64,000 nucleotides of DNA from Lentzea sp. (lineage in GTDB: Bacteria > Actinomycetota > Actinomycetes > Mycobacteriales > Pseudonocardiaceae): the NCBI RefSeq assembly GCF_035525475.1, contig NZ_DATLEC010000208.1, positions 14,442-78,441 on the forward strand, read 5' to 3'. The notes under the pieces are model-generated. The model did no database searches and was not told where the DNA came from. It saw only the letters and a program-made list of their open reading frames with translations. The translations under genes and the position numbers were made by a program. The first letter of the stretch is position 1. The number at the start of each line of letters is the position of its first letter. Shown here piece after piece: positions 29,334 to 39,497 of this stretch.

Positions 29334-30071
29334 GTGATCGGCCACTACACGCTGACCGGACCGGAGGACGCGCCGGTGCTGGTGCTCGGCAACGCGCTCG
29401 GCACGACCACCGAGCTGTGGCGCGAGTTCGCGCTCCCGTTCCGGCTGCTGCGCTTCGACCACCGGGGCCACGGCCGCAGCGCGCCCACCGGGGGGCCCTG
29501 CGCGATCGGAGACCTGGCGAACGACGTCGTCGAGCTGCTGGACCACCTGCAACTGCGCCAGGTGCACTACTGCGGCGTGTCGCTCGGCGCGATGGTCGGG
29601 ATGTGGCTCGCCTCGCACACCGACCGGATCTCGCGGCTGGCGCTGATGTGCACGACCGCGTGGTACCCGGACAAGTCGCTCTGGGACGAGCGGATCGAGG
29701 TGTTGCGCTCGCGCGGCATGGAACCGCTCGCGGACGCGATCGTCTCGCGCTGGTTCACGCCGGCGTTCTCGCCGGCTGTCGTCGCGCGCTTCCGCGCCGA
29801 CCTGGTGGCGGTCGACGTGCCGTCGTACATCGCGTGCGCCGAGGCGATCAGGGACATGGACCTGAGGCCGGACCTCGCGAAGATCGACGCGCCGACCGTG
29901 GTGATCGCCGCGGCGCAGGACCACGCGGCTCCACCGGAGTTCGCCCGGCACATCGCGGAGGAGCTGCCGGACTCGGAGCTCTACGTCGTGGCCGACGCGG
30001 CGCACCTGGCGGTCGTCGAGGCACCGAAGACGATCTCGGTGATCCTCGACGACCACTTCGGCAACAGTTAG
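29334..30071 (+). CDS. pcaD: 3-oxoadipate enol-lactonase-like alpha/beta hydrolase
   Basis: PVLVLGNALGT, DHRGHGRS, GVSLG, SRWFT, AAHLA; no other pca genes nearby. Confidence 0.75.
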   Translation: MIGHYTLTGPEDAPVLVLGNALGTTTELWREFALPFRLLRFDHRGHGRSAPTGGPCAIGDLANDVVELLDHLQLRQVHYCGVSLGAMVGMWLASHTDRISRLALMCTTAWYPDKSLWDERIEVLRSRGMEPLADAIVSRWFTPAFSPAVVARFRADLVAVDVPSYIACAEAIRDMDLRPDLAKIDAPTVVIAAAQDHAAPPEFARHIAEELPDSELYVVADAAHLAVVEAPKTISVILDDHFGNS

Positions 30072-30607
30072 ACCGGCACCAGCGCCGCGTGCGGCTCGGC
30101 CGGCAGCTCCACGCGGATCTCGTCGCCAGGACGCACGACACCGCCCGTGCGCACGACCGACATGATCCCCGCGAGCCGGACCAGGTCGCCGCCGGGACCT
30201 TTGAAGAGGACCTCCTTGAGCAGCCCCCGGGAGAACCCGTCGATCTGCGCGCACGGGTTGCGCAGCCCGGTCACCTCGACGACGGCCTCGGGACCCAGGT
30301 GCAGCAGCGTTCCCGTCGGCAGGCCGAGCAGGTCGATCCCGCGCGTGGTGACGTTCTCGCCGATCGCGCCCGGCTCGACGACGTAACCCCTGTCCCGCAG
30401 GTCGTCGAAGAGCTCGGCGTGCATCAGGTGCACCTGCCGCAGGTTCGGCGCTGTCGGGTCCTTCGCGACGCGCGACCGGTGCTTCACCGTGACGCCCTGG
30501 TGGACGTCGCCCTCGACACCCAGACCGGCGAGCAGCGTGATGCTCTCCCGCGCCGGTTTGGTGAACGTGTACTCCTCATTGCGGCTGACCGCCGTGACAA
30601 CCCCCAT
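30068..30607 (-). CDS. MOSC domain protein
   Basis: GVEGDVH, RQVHL, GENVTT, TGLRNPC, GVVRPGD. Confidence 0.9.
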   Translation of the reverse strand: MGVVTAVSRNEEYTFTKPARESITLLAGLGVEGDVHQGVTVKHRSRVAKDPTAPNLRQVHLMHAELFDDLRDRGYVVEPGAIGENVTTRGIDLLGLPTGTLLHLGPEAVVEVTGLRNPCAQIDGFSRGLLKEVLFKGPGGDLVRLAGIMSVVRTGGVVRPGDEIRVELPAEPHAALVPV

Positions 30608-30754
30608 GGCACCGATTCTGCACGAACCGAGACGGGGTGTTCGCTGCTCTTTTCGGCCTAGCCGGGTGGTCGGGCAGTGATCGGTCAAGGGGTGAGCGCA
30701 CGTATCAATCGCGCTCGTCCGAGCGGGTCTCACCTGCGATGACGACCACCGCCG

Positions 30755-30768
30755 TGGAAACGCTCTCA
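30755..30768. promoter_or_regulatory. LacI-type operator (hybrid half-sites)
   Basis: TGGAAACGCTCTCA with central CG, just upstream of TTGACG. Confidence 0.5.
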
Positions 30769-30832
30769 CGAAGTTCCGGCAAGAGTCTTGACGAATAGTC
30801 AGGTCAGCCTGTTGACTCCGTCACACCTCAGC

Positions 30833-30856
30833 GGAACCGGTTACGGAACCGGTTCC
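30833..30856. promoter_or_regulatory. Tandem LacI-type operators
   Basis: GGAACCGGTTAC directly followed by the perfect palindrome GGAACCGGTTCC, 24 nt before the lacI ATG. Confidence 0.7.
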
Positions 30857-30880
30857 AGAGGCGGCGGAAGGAAGTTCGGC

Positions 30881-31876
30881 ATGCGTGTCACGATCGCAGA
30901 GGTCGCCCAACGCGCCCAGGTGTCCAAAGCGACCGTGTCACGTGTGCTGAACGGAAAACCCGACGTCGACGCCAGCACGGCGCAGAGAGTTCGCAAGGTC
31001 ATCGACGAGATCGGGTACGTGCCGAGCGCACGTGCGGTCGGCCTCGCGAGAGGGCGCACCCGGACCGTCGCGATGCTCGCTCCCTCGCTCACGTGGCCGT
31101 GGATGGGCGAGGTCCTGCAGGGCATCGTCGACGAGCTCGAGGCCGACGGGTACGGGCTGCTGCTCTACACCCTGAACCGCGGGCCGGAGTCGCTCAACCA
31201 GTTCGCGAACCACGTGTCCGCCAACGCCTTCGACGGGTTGCTGGTGGTCGAGCCACCGGACGCCCTGCACTACATCTCCACGCTGTACCGGGCGGGACTG
31301 CCGGTCGTCATGATCGACGACCGCGGCTCCCACCCGGAGTTCCCCTCGGTGACGACCACGAACCGGCAGGGAGGCGCGGATGTCGCGAGGCATCTCGTCG
31401 CGGCCGGCCGCCGCAGGTTCGCCGTCGTCACCGGGCCACCGACCTTCGGGTGCACGCAGGCACGGCTCGACGGTTTCCGCCTCGCCCTGGCGGAAGCGGG
31501 CCTGACGCTGCACCCGGATCTGGTGGTGGACGGCGACTTCACCCAGGAAGGCGGGGAAGTGGCCGTGGAGAAGATCATCGCCAGCGGCATCCCGTTCGAC
31601 GCCGTGTTCGCGCAGAACGACATCTCCGCCGTCGGTGTGCTGCGAGCACTGCGTGAAGCCGGCAGGACCGTGCCCGACGACGTGTCCGTGGTCGGCTTCG
31701 ACGACGTCCCGGTCGCGGGACACACCGCACCCCGGCTGACGACGATCCGCCAGCCGGCGCAGGAGATGGGCGCCGCCGCCGCGCGGATGCTGCTCTCCAC
31801 GCTCGAGGGACAGCCGATGCCCGACCACCCGCTGGTGCTGCCCACCTCGTTGATCGTGCGCGAATCCGCGCCCTGA
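30881..31876 (+). CDS. LacI-family transcriptional regulator
   Basis: VTIAEVAQRAQVSKATVSR, SVVGFDD, LTTIRQP, LIVRES. Confidence 0.94.
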   Translation: MRVTIAEVAQRAQVSKATVSRVLNGKPDVDASTAQRVRKVIDEIGYVPSARAVGLARGRTRTVAMLAPSLTWPWMGEVLQGIVDELEADGYGLLLYTLNRGPESLNQFANHVSANAFDGLLVVEPPDALHYISTLYRAGLPVVMIDDRGSHPEFPSVTTTNRQGGADVARHLVAAGRRRFAVVTGPPTFGCTQARLDGFRLALAEAGLTLHPDLVVDGDFTQEGGEVAVEKIIASGIPFDAVFAQNDISAVGVLRALREAGRTVPDDVSVVGFDDVPVAGHTAPRLTTIRQPAQEMGAAAARMLLSTLEGQPMPDHPLVLPTSLIVRESAP

Positions 31877-31932
31877 CCCACCACAACTGAACGATCTGGC
31901 CGGACCGCACGCGGTCTGGCTAGTTCGCCGTA

Positions 31933-31956
31933 CGTATGAGAGAGCGCTCTCATACG
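31933..31956. promoter_or_regulatory. LacI-type operator GAGAGCGCTCTC
   Basis: Perfect 12-bp palindrome 31940-31951 within a 10-bp inverted repeat, directly before the ABC operon. Confidence 0.75.
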
Positions 31957-31979
31957 CCGTCGTATCGGGAGACTCCCCC

Positions 31980-33623
31980 ATGCGCAGAACAGTCATCGTC
32001 GCGTTAGCACTGGCGCTCGCGGCGACCGGTTGCTCCTCTGGTGGCGCCACCAAGGCTTCCGGGGTGCTGACCGTGGGCATGCCCAACGGGCCGCTGACCG
32101 AGAACCACAACCCGTTCCTGCCCACGTCGGCAGCGGGTTCGCTCGGCTACCGCTACCAGATCTACGAGCCGCTGGCGTTCGTGAACAACACGCGCCCGGC
32201 CCAGGAACCGGTGCCGTGGCTCGCGACGAAGTGGGACTGGACCGACAACTACAAGAAGGTCACCTTCACGCTCCGGGAGAACGTGAAGTGGTCCGACGGC
32301 AAGCCGCTCACCGCTGCTGACGTCGCCTTCTCGTACGAGATCCTGAAGAAGTGGCCGGCGCTCAACAACCGCGACTCGCTCAAGGTCGAGACCGCGACGG
32401 CGACGCCGGACGGCAAGGTCGAGGTCACCTTCGGCTCGCCGCAGTTCGTGAACCGCAACAAGGTCATCAGCGCGATGGTGGTCCCCCAGCACATCTGGAG
32501 CACCGTCCCCGACCCGACGACCTACACGAACCCGAGCCCGGTCGGCACGGGCCCGTACCAGCTGAAGTCGTTCACCTCGCAGACGGTGACGATCGCGCGG
32601 CGCACCGAGTACTGGCAGGAACTGCCCAAGGTCCCGGAGATCCAGTACACCTCCTACAACGACAACACGGCGCAGACCACCGCGCTGGCGTCGGGCGCGA
32701 GCCAGTGGTCGTACGTCTTCATCCCGGACTACCAAAAGCTGTACGTGGACAAGGACCCGGCGAACCACAAGCTCTGGTTCCCCGCCGGCCTCGGCATCCA
32801 CGGCCTGTGGCTGAACACGACCGTCGCGCCGTTCGACAACGCCGCGCTGCGCTCGGCCATGAGCGACGTGATCGACCGCGAGGCGATCTTCGTCCGCGGT
32901 GAGGCGCGCCTGTTCCCGAAGCTCGAGTCGAAGACCGGCATGCCGTTGCCCGCCGGTGACTCGTTCCTCGCGCCGGAGTACAAGGACGCGAAGTTCAAGA
33001 TCGATGTCGACGGCGCCAAGCAGAAGCTCGCCGCGGCCGGGTTCAAGCTCGAGGGCGACGCGCTCAAGGCTCCCGACGGCAAGCCGGTCACGATCGAGCT
33101 CACCAACCCGTCCGGCTGGTCCGACTACCTGACGGTGCTCGACATCATCAAGAGCGACCTGAAGAAGATCGGCATCGAGGCGACCGTGCGCACGCAGACC
33201 GCGGACGCGTGGACGTCGGACTTCGCGAACGGCTCGTTCCAGGGCTCGCTGCGCTGGACCAACACCGGCGCCACGCCGTACGAGATGTACCAGAACATCA
33301 TGGACGCGGCGGAGATCAAGCCGATCGGGCAGACCGCGGCGGTGAACTTCGGCCGCTACAACAACCCGGAGGCCACCGCGGCGCTGGCGGAGTACGCGAA
33401 CGCCGTGGACGACGCCGCGCGCGCCAAGAGCCTCGCGGTGCTGCAGAAGATCATGGTGGAGCAGGTGCCGATGATCCCGACCTCCGCGGGTCCGATCGGT
33501 GCGGAGTACAGCACGAAGTACTGGGTCGGCTGGCCGACCGAGGAGGACCCGTACGGTCCTCCGCAGGCCACGCTGCCCAACGCCCTGCAGATCGTCATGA
33601 AGCTGAAGCCCGCGGGATCGTAG
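31980..33623 (+). CDS. ABC substrate-binding lipoprotein, family 5 (probably oligosaccharide-binding)
   Basis: Lipobox ATGC, IYEPL, PWLA, VKWSDGKPLTAADV, PVGTGPY, GWSDY, NFGRY, GWPT. Confidence 0.9.
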   Translation: MRRTVIVALALALAATGCSSGGATKASGVLTVGMPNGPLTENHNPFLPTSAAGSLGYRYQIYEPLAFVNNTRPAQEPVPWLATKWDWTDNYKKVTFTLRENVKWSDGKPLTAADVAFSYEILKKWPALNNRDSLKVETATATPDGKVEVTFGSPQFVNRNKVISAMVVPQHIWSTVPDPTTYTNPSPVGTGPYQLKSFTSQTVTIARRTEYWQELPKVPEIQYTSYNDNTAQTTALASGASQWSYVFIPDYQKLYVDKDPANHKLWFPAGLGIHGLWLNTTVAPFDNAALRSAMSDVIDREAIFVRGEARLFPKLESKTGMPLPAGDSFLAPEYKDAKFKIDVDGAKQKLAAAGFKLEGDALKAPDGKPVTIELTNPSGWSDYLTVLDIIKSDLKKIGIEATVRTQTADAWTSDFANGSFQGSLRWTNTGATPYEMYQNIMDAAEIKPIGQTAAVNFGRYNNPEATAALAEYANAVDDAARAKSLAVLQKIMVEQVPMIPTSAGPIGAEYSTKYWVGWPTEEDPYGPPQATLPNALQIVMKLKPAGS

Positions 33624-34529
33624 ATGAACGAGATCGCGCTGGAAGCGAAAGGTCTGGTCAAGACCTACAAGCGCGTGCGCGCGGTGCAGGACGTCTCCAT
33701 CGTCCTGCGTCGCGGGCGCGTGACCGCCCTCGTCGGCGAATCCGGATCAGGCAAGTCGACGGTGGCGAAGCTGCTGGCGCGACTCGTCGAACCCACCGCG
33801 GGTGAGATCCTGCTCGACGGCGAACGGGTGCGACGGGTCCGGGAGTACCGGCGCAAGGTCCAGATGGTGTTCCAGGACCCGTTCGCATCGCTCAACCCGA
33901 TCCACACCATCCGCTACCACCTGACCCGGCCGCTGAAGATCCACAAGCGGCCCGAGACCGTGGAGGAGCTGCTGGAGCGGGTCAACCTGCCCGCCGACTT
34001 CGCTTCGAGGTTCCCGTACGAGCTGTCGGGTGGTCAGCGGCAGCGCGTCGCGATCGCACGGGCGCTCGCGGCCGACCCCGAGGTGCTGCTCGCCGACGAG
34101 CCGGTGTCCATGCTGGACGTCTCGATCCGGCTCGGCGTGCTGAACCTGTTGCTGGACCTCAAGGACCGGCTCAAGCTCGCGGTCCTCTACATCACGCACG
34201 ACATCGCGTCGGCGCGGTACTTCGCGGACGAGACGTTCGTGATGTACGGCGGGCAGCTCGTCGAGGGCGGCGACAGCGAGACCGTGACGCAGCGGCCCGC
34301 GCACCCGTACACGCAGCTGCTCATCGAGTCCGCGCCCGACCCGGAGCGGTCGGTGGTCGCGCTGGACGCGCCGCTGGAGGAGACCGAGCAGGCCTCGACC
34401 GGCTGCCGGTTCGCGCCGCGCTGCCCGAAGGTGCGGTCCCGCTGCTGGACGGATGCGCCACCGCGCACCGAGGTCGACTCCTCGGGGCACTGGGCGGCGT
34501 GCTGGCTGTACGTGGAGGCGGCCGCATGA
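33624..34529 (+). CDS. Opp/Dpp-type ABC ATPase
   Basis: [32 protein letters not shown]. Confidence 0.93.
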   Translation: MNEIALEAKGLVKTYKRVRAVQDVSIVLRRGRVTALVGESGSGKSTVAKLLARLVEPTAGEILLDGERVRRVREYRRKVQMVFQDPFASLNPIHTIRYHLTRPLKIHKRPETVEELLERVNLPADFASRFPYELSGGQRQRVAIARALAADPEVLLADEPVSMLDVSIRLGVLNLLLDLKDRLKLAVLYITHDIASARYFADETFVMYGGQLVEGGDSETVTQRPAHPYTQLLIESAPDPERSVVALDAPLEETEQASTGCRFAPRCPKVRSRCWTDAPPRTEVDSSGHWAACWLYVEAAA

Positions 34530-35506
34530 CGTTCCTGCTGCGCCGTGCGCTGTTCTACTTGGTGACGCTCTGGGCGGCGATCACGGCGAACTTCCTGCTG
34601 CCGCGCCTGCTCCCGGGCGACCCGGTGCAGGCGATGATCACCAAGCTCGGCGGCCGGCTGAACAGCGACGCCATGGCCTCGCTCTACGTCCTGTTCGGGC
34701 TCGACGAGAAGAAGTCGATCTGGGAGCAGTACGTCGACTACTGGGGCGCCCTGCTGCAGGGCGACCTCGGGCTGTCGTTCACGTTCTTCCCGACGCCGGT
34801 CGCGGACGTGCTCTCCCAGTCGCTGCCGTGGACGCTCGGGCTGGTCGGCGTCACCACCGTCATCGCGTTCCTGCTCGGCACCCTGCTGGGTGTCTACGCG
34901 GGGTGGAAGCGCGGTTCGTGGATGGACAACCTCATCCCGATGACGACGTTCCTGTCGTCGATCCCGTACTTCTGGCTCGGGCTGATCGCGATCTCGGTGT
35001 TCTCCGTGACGTGGCCGCTGCTCCCGGCCTCCGGTGGCTACGCCGCCGGGCTGGTGCCGGAGTTCTCCGGCGAGTTCATCGGCAGCGTCCTGGAGCACGC
35101 CGTGCTGCCCGGCGTCACGATCGTCGTGAGCTCGGTGGCCGGCTGGATCCTGGGCATGCGCAACATGATGGTGACCGTCACGGCGGAGGACTACGTGCTC
35201 GTCGCGAAGGCCAAGGGCCTCACCCCGCGGCGGATCATGTTCGCCTACGCCGCGCGCAACGCCGTGCTGCCGTCGATCTCCGGTTTCGCGCTGTCGCTCG
35301 GCTTCATCGTCGGCGGCGCGCTGCTGGTGGAGATGGTGTTCTCCTACCCGGGCCTGGGGTACGTGCTGTTCCAGGGCATCGGCGCGAAGGACTACCCGTT
35401 GATGCAGGGCGTGTTCCTGGTGATCACACTGGCCGTGCTGGTGGCGAACCTGCTCGCGGACGTCGGCTACCTGCTGCTCGACCCGCGCACGCGGCGAGAG
35501 GGCTGA
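34526..35506 (+). CDS. Opp/Dpp-type ABC permease (B-like)
   Basis: PGDP, GDLGLS, AKAKGL, FSYPGLG, DYPLMQG, LDPR. Confidence 0.93.
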   Translation: MTFLLRRALFYLVTLWAAITANFLLPRLLPGDPVQAMITKLGGRLNSDAMASLYVLFGLDEKKSIWEQYVDYWGALLQGDLGLSFTFFPTPVADVLSQSLPWTLGLVGVTTVIAFLLGTLLGVYAGWKRGSWMDNLIPMTTFLSSIPYFWLGLIAISVFSVTWPLLPASGGYAAGLVPEFSGEFIGSVLEHAVLPGVTIVVSSVAGWILGMRNMMVTVTAEDYVLVAKAKGLTPRRIMFAYAARNAVLPSISGFALSLGFIVGGALLVEMVFSYPGLGYVLFQGIGAKDYPLMQGVFLVITLAVLVANLLADVGYLLLDPRTRREG

Positions 35507-35513
35507 TTCCCCG

Positions 35514-36332
35514 ATGAACTTCAAGACGAAACTCGGCCTGGGCATCCTGGCCTTCTTCACGCTGATCGCCGTGATCGGCGAGTGGATCGCGCCGTACGAC
35601 CCGTCCGCGATGGGCGACGACCTGCTGTCGCCGCCCTCGGGGGCGCACTGGTTCGGCACCACCATGACCGGGCAGGACATCTTCTCCCAGGTGCTCGTGG
35701 GCACCAGGGGCGTGATGGTCGTCGGCCTGGTCTGCGGTGTGCTGGCGACCTTCCTGTCCATCCTGGTCGGGGTGACCGCCGGGTTCCTCGGCGGCGCGGC
35801 CGACGAGGCGTTGTCCATGCTGTCCAACGTCTTCCTGGTGATCCCGGCGCTGCCGCTGATCATCATCGTGGCGTCGATGCTGCCGTCGGCGGACACCGTG
35901 CTGATCGCGGCGGTCATCTCGCTGACCGCGTGGGCGTGGGGCGCGCGTGTGTTGCGCGCGCAGACGATGTCGTTGCGGCGCAGGGACTTCGTGGAGGCCG
36001 CACGGGCGTCCGGTGAGTCGACCTGGCGCATCATCGTGTTCGAGGTGCTGCCCAACCTGATGGCGGTGATCGCGTCCGGCTTCGTCGGCACGGTGATCTT
36101 CGCGGTCATGCTGCAGATCACCCTGTCGTTCGTCGGCGTCGTGTCGCTGTCGACCTGGAACTGGGGAACGATCCTGTTCTGGGCGCAGAGCAACCAGGCG
36201 CTCGGCCAGGGCGCGTGGTGGTGGTTCGTCCCCGCCGGCCTGTGCATCGCCCTGCTCGGCACGGCACTGGCACTGATCAACTTCGGGATCGACGAGTACG
36301 CGAATCCCCGCCTGCGGAAGGTGCGCGCATGA
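35514..36332 (+). CDS. Opp/Dpp-type ABC permease (C-like)
   Basis: HWFGT...GQDI, FVEAARASG, WWW...PAG. Confidence 0.93.
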   Translation: MNFKTKLGLGILAFFTLIAVIGEWIAPYDPSAMGDDLLSPPSGAHWFGTTMTGQDIFSQVLVGTRGVMVVGLVCGVLATFLSILVGVTAGFLGGAADEALSMLSNVFLVIPALPLIIIVASMLPSADTVLIAAVISLTAWAWGARVLRAQTMSLRRRDFVEAARASGESTWRIIVFEVLPNLMAVIASGFVGTVIFAVMLQITLSFVGVVSLSTWNWGTILFWAQSNQALGQGAWWWFVPAGLCIALLGTALALINFGIDEYANPRLRKVRA

Positions 36333-37333
36333 GCCCGGTGCTGGAGATCCGCGATCTCTCGGTGGACTACGGAACGCTCCGAGCCGTGCACGACGTCACC
36401 CTGACGTTGAACGCCGGCGAGGTGCTCGGCCTGGCGGGGGAGAGCGGCAGCGGCAAGTCCACGCTGGCCTACGCCGCGACCCGCCTGCTGCAGCCACCGG
36501 GGCGGGTGCCGTCCGGCCAGGTGCTGTTCAAGGGCCAGGACCTGTTGGCGCTGAGCGAGAAGCAGCTCCAGGTGCTGCGGTGGAGCGAGATCGCGATCGT
36601 GTTCCAGGGCGCGATGAACGCCCTGAACCCCGTCATCTCGGTCGGCACTCAGATCGACGACGTGCTGCGCACGCACCGGCCGTCGATGAAGCGTCCGGAG
36701 AGGACTGCGCGCGGCCGGGAGCTGTTGTCACTGGTGGGCATTCCCACCGACCGGCTGTCGTCCTATCCGCACCAGCTCTCCGGTGGCATGCGGCAGCGGG
36801 TGATGATCGCCATGGCGCTGGCGCTCGAACCCGAGATCGTCATCATGGACGAGCCGACCACCGCGCTGGACGTGGTGGTGCAGCGGTCGATTCTCGGTCA
36901 GATGATGCGGCTGCGGGAGACGCTTGGCTTCTCGGTCATCTTCATCACGCACGACATCTCGTTGCTGGTGGAGTTCTCCGACCGGATCGCGATCATGTAC
37001 GGCGGTCGGGTGGTCGAGGAGGCTCCTGCTTCCGAGATCTATCGGGCGGCCAAGCATCCCTACAGTCAGGGGCTGCTTTCGTCGTTCCCGGCGTTGCGTG
37101 GTCCTCGGCGGGAGTTGCGAGGGATTCCCGGGTCGCCGCCTGATCTTCGTTCTATGCCATCCGGGTGCCCGTTTCATCCTCGGTGTCCGCATGCTATGGA
37201 TGTTTGTGGTGAGCGGATGCCGTTGTTGGAGGCTGCGGGGGAGCGGCGGCGGGTGGCTTGCTGGTTGTCGGATGCGCGGGTCCTCGGGCTGAGTGCTTCT
37301 GGGGGCGCTGCCCCCAGGCCCCCGGCAATCTGA
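36329..37333 (+). CDS. Opp/Dpp-type ABC ATPase
   Basis: [37 protein letters not shown]. Confidence 0.93.
   Translation: MSPVLEIRDLSVDYGTLRAVHDVTLTLNAGEVLGLAGESGSGKSTLAYAATRLLQPPGRVPSGQVLFKGQDLLALSEKQLQVLRWSEIAIVFQGAMNALNPVISVGTQIDDVLRTHRPSMKRPERTARGRELLSLVGIPTDRLSSYPHQLSGGMRQRVMIAMALALEPEIVIMDEPTTALDVVVQRSILGQMMRLRETLGFSVIFITHDISLLVEFSDRIAIMYGGRVVEEAPASEIYRAAKHPYSQGLLSSFPALRGPRRELRGIPGSPPDLRSMPSGCPFHPRCPHAMDVCGERMPLLEAAGERRRVACWLSDARVLGLSASGGAAPRPPAI
37299..37325. repeat. REP-like GC palindrome
   Basis: CTGGGGGC-GCT-GCCCCCAG followed by GCCCCCGG. Confidence 0.5.
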
Positions 37334-37461
37334 TGGGCGGCGCCGCTCGTAGGTAGAGGGCACGCGTGGTGGTTTGGGCGGCTTCGCGGCTTCGGCCTGG
37401 TCGAGCTGTGCTCGTGTTGGGATCTTCTCCTGGTCTAGGACGTGGATCACGTCCGAATGTA

Positions 37462-37500
37462 CTAGCTAAGGTATGCCTTAGTTAAGTTAGGGTCACTTTA
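37462..37500. promoter_or_regulatory. Tandem IdeR/DmdR (DtxR-family) iron boxes
   Basis: CTAGCTAAGGTATGCCTTA (37462-37480) and TTAAGTTAGGGTCACTTTA (37482-37500), each about 14-15/19 to TWAGGTWAGSCTWACCTWA. Confidence 0.75.
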
Positions 37501-37530
37501 CGCCACCAGGAGTGCCAGGAGAGGATCGCG

Positions 37531-38778
37531 ATGGAACCGGTGTTAGACCTGGCCGGGATCGGCTTCGGGCCGTCCAACCTCGCTCTCGCGATCGCCGTCG
37601 AGGAGCATCCGCTTCCTGTTCGGGCTCGGTTCTTCGAGAGGCAGGCCCGGTTCGGGTGGCATCGGGGGATGTTGCTCGAGGACGCCACCATGCAGGTGTC
37701 GTTCCTCAAGGACCTTGTCACCCTGCGCAACCCCACCAGCTCGTTCAGCTTCCTCTGCTACCTGCGGGATCGGGGTCGGTTGATCGACTTCGTCAACCAC
37801 AAGAACCTCTTTCCGCTGCGCAAGGAGTTCCACGACTACTTCGAGTGGGCTGCTGAGCGGGTTGCTCACCACGTGTCGTACGGCTCTGCGGTGAGTGATG
37901 TTCAAGTCGAGGGGGACGGGTTTTCGTTCGCTGCCGGGGAGGGGCGGGTTCGGGCTCGGAACCTCGTGCTGGCCACCGGGCTGGAGGCCAACCTGCCTGA
38001 GGGCATCGCCACTGGTGAGCGGATTTGGCACAACAAGGACCTGCTGCACCGGGTGGAGTCGTTGAGGGACCCTCGGCACGTCGTCGTGGTGGGGGCTGGG
38101 CAGAGTGCTGCCGAGGCGGTGGCGTTCTTCCACGACCGGTTCCCCGGGGTTGTGGTGCACGGCGTCTTCGCGCGGTACGGGTACAGCCCTGCCGATGACA
38201 GCGCGTTCGCCAACCGGATTTTCGATCCTGCCGCTGTCGACGACTTCTACTCGGCGCCGGAGGAGGTCAAGCGGCGGTTGATGGGGTACCACGCCAACAC
38301 CAACTACGGGGTTGTCGACCAGGACCTCATCGAGGAGCTGTACCGGCGGGTGTACCGGGAGAAGGTCGTCGGGCGGCAGAGGTTGTTGCTGCACAACACA
38401 TCGCGCCTCGTCGACGTCGGGTCTGACGGGAAGTGCGTGGTCGAGTCGCTCGCTGATGGTGGGCGGGTGCCCGTCGATGCCGATGTGATCGTGTACGCGA
38501 CCGGGTACCGGCCGGCCAACCCGGTGGGGTTGCTGGGTGATCTCGCTGAGCACTGTGAGCGGGATGAGCACGGGCGGTTGAAGGTTGCTCGTGACTACCG
38601 CGTTGTCACCAGTGAGGACGTTCGCGGCGGGATCTATCTGCAGGGCGGTACCGAGCACACGCATGGCATCACGTCGTCGTTGCTGTCGAACACGGCTGTG
38701 CGTGTCGGCGAGATTCTCGACTCGGTGTTGCGGCGGCCTGCCGCGTTGCCGCTGTCGAAGCTTCAGGCAGTCCGGTAG
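37531..38778 (+). CDS. L-ornithine N5-/L-lysine N6-monooxygenase (siderophore biosynthesis)
   Basis: [51 protein letters not shown]. Confidence 0.93.
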   Translation: MEPVLDLAGIGFGPSNLALAIAVEEHPLPVRARFFERQARFGWHRGMLLEDATMQVSFLKDLVTLRNPTSSFSFLCYLRDRGRLIDFVNHKNLFPLRKEFHDYFEWAAERVAHHVSYGSAVSDVQVEGDGFSFAAGEGRVRARNLVLATGLEANLPEGIATGERIWHNKDLLHRVESLRDPRHVVVVGAGQSAAEAVAFFHDRFPGVVVHGVFARYGYSPADDSAFANRIFDPAAVDDFYSAPEEVKRRLMGYHANTNYGVVDQDLIEELYRRVYREKVVGRQRLLLHNTSRLVDVGSDGKCVVESLADGGRVPVDADVIVYATGYRPANPVGLLGDLAEHCERDEHGRLKVARDYRVVTSEDVRGGIYLQGGTEHTHGITSSLLSNTAVRVGEILDSVLRRPAALPLSKLQAVR

Positions 38779-38800
38779 TTCCAGTGAGGAAGGGCCAGTG

Positions 38801-38995
38801 ATGACCAACCCGTTCGAGGACCCGCAGGGCCGTTTCTTCGTGCTGGTCAACGAAGAGCAGCAGCACTCGCTGTGGCCGACCTTCGCGGAGGTGCCCGCCG
38901 GGTGGACCAAGGTCTACGGCGAGGAGAGCCGCGAGGCGTGCCTGGCCTACGTCGAGGAGAACTGGACGGATCTGCGTCCGGCCTCGATCCGGTGA
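38801..38995 (+). CDS. mbtH: MbtH-like protein
   Basis: [41 protein letters not shown]. Confidence 0.95.
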   Translation: MTNPFEDPQGRFFVLVNEEQQHSLWPTFAEVPAGWTKVYGEESREACLAYVEENWTDLRPASIR

Positions 38996-39016
38996 AGTGG
39001 TGAAGCGGTGAAGTGA

Positions 39017-39053
39017 GGAGGCGTGACCCCGTGGGTCACGCCTCCATTTTTGT
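39017..39053 (+). terminator. Intrinsic terminator
   Basis: 13-bp stem GGAGGCGTGACCC/GGGTCACGCCTCC followed by ATTTTTGT. Confidence 0.85.
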
Positions 39054-39093
39054 TCAGCGGGTTTGCGCCACCCCGCGGCCTCGTTGCTGCTAT

Positions 39094-39117
39094 GGTTCAT
39101 TACATGAGTAACGAACC
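39094..39117. promoter_or_regulatory. GntR/YtrA-type operator
   Basis: GGTTCATTAC-ATGA-GTAACGAACC inverted repeat (9/10) just before gntR. Confidence 0.7.
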
Positions 39118-39131
39118 CAGGAAGTGACGCC

Positions 39132-39497
39132 GTGTTCGACGACCGGAGCCCGATCTACCGCCAGATCGCCGACCGGATCAAGGCGGACGTGCTGAACGGG
39201 GCGTTGAAGGCCGACGAGCAGGTCATGTCGACCAACCAGTACGCCGCGTACTACCGGATCAACCCGGCGACGGCGGCGAAGGCCTTCCAGCAGCTCGTGG
39301 ACGAGCAGGTGCTCTACAAGAAGAGGGGGATAGGGATGTTCGTGAGCGCGCAGGCTCGCGACATGTTGCGGGCACAGGGGAGGGAGACCTTCTTCGGGGA
39401 GGTCGTGGACCCGATGGTGGCGGAGGCGCGCGCCATCGGCATTCCGCTCGCCGAGGTCATCCGGCGTATCGAGCAGCACGAGAACGGGGGCGTGTGA
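39132..39497 (+). CDS. GntR-family regulator, YtrA subfamily
   Basis: PIYRQIA, INPATAAKA, KRGIGMFV; short, precedes ABC genes. Confidence 0.92.
   Translation: MFDDRSPIYRQIADRIKADVLNGALKADEQVMSTNQYAAYYRINPATAAKAFQQLVDEQVLYKKRGIGMFVSAQARDMLRAQGRETFFGEVVDPMVAEARAIGIPLAEVIRRIEQHENGGV

Noticed and set aside
31980-37333. ABC system as a siderophore or nickel importer for the adjacent monooxygenase-MbtH pair
   Set aside because: It is family 5 with LacI-type operators, and the iron boxes lie downstream of it.
36728-37450. 240-aa minus-strand ORF or transposase remnant near the REP-like palindrome
   Set aside because: Mostly antisense to the ATPase and likely a by-product of the base skew; no DDE, HUH or HNH motif, terminal repeats or target duplication seen.
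38991-39014. GGTGAAG[TC] x3 at the mbtH stop, giving TGA in all three frames
   Set aside because: Short slippage repeat without spacers; not CRISPR and no evidence of function.
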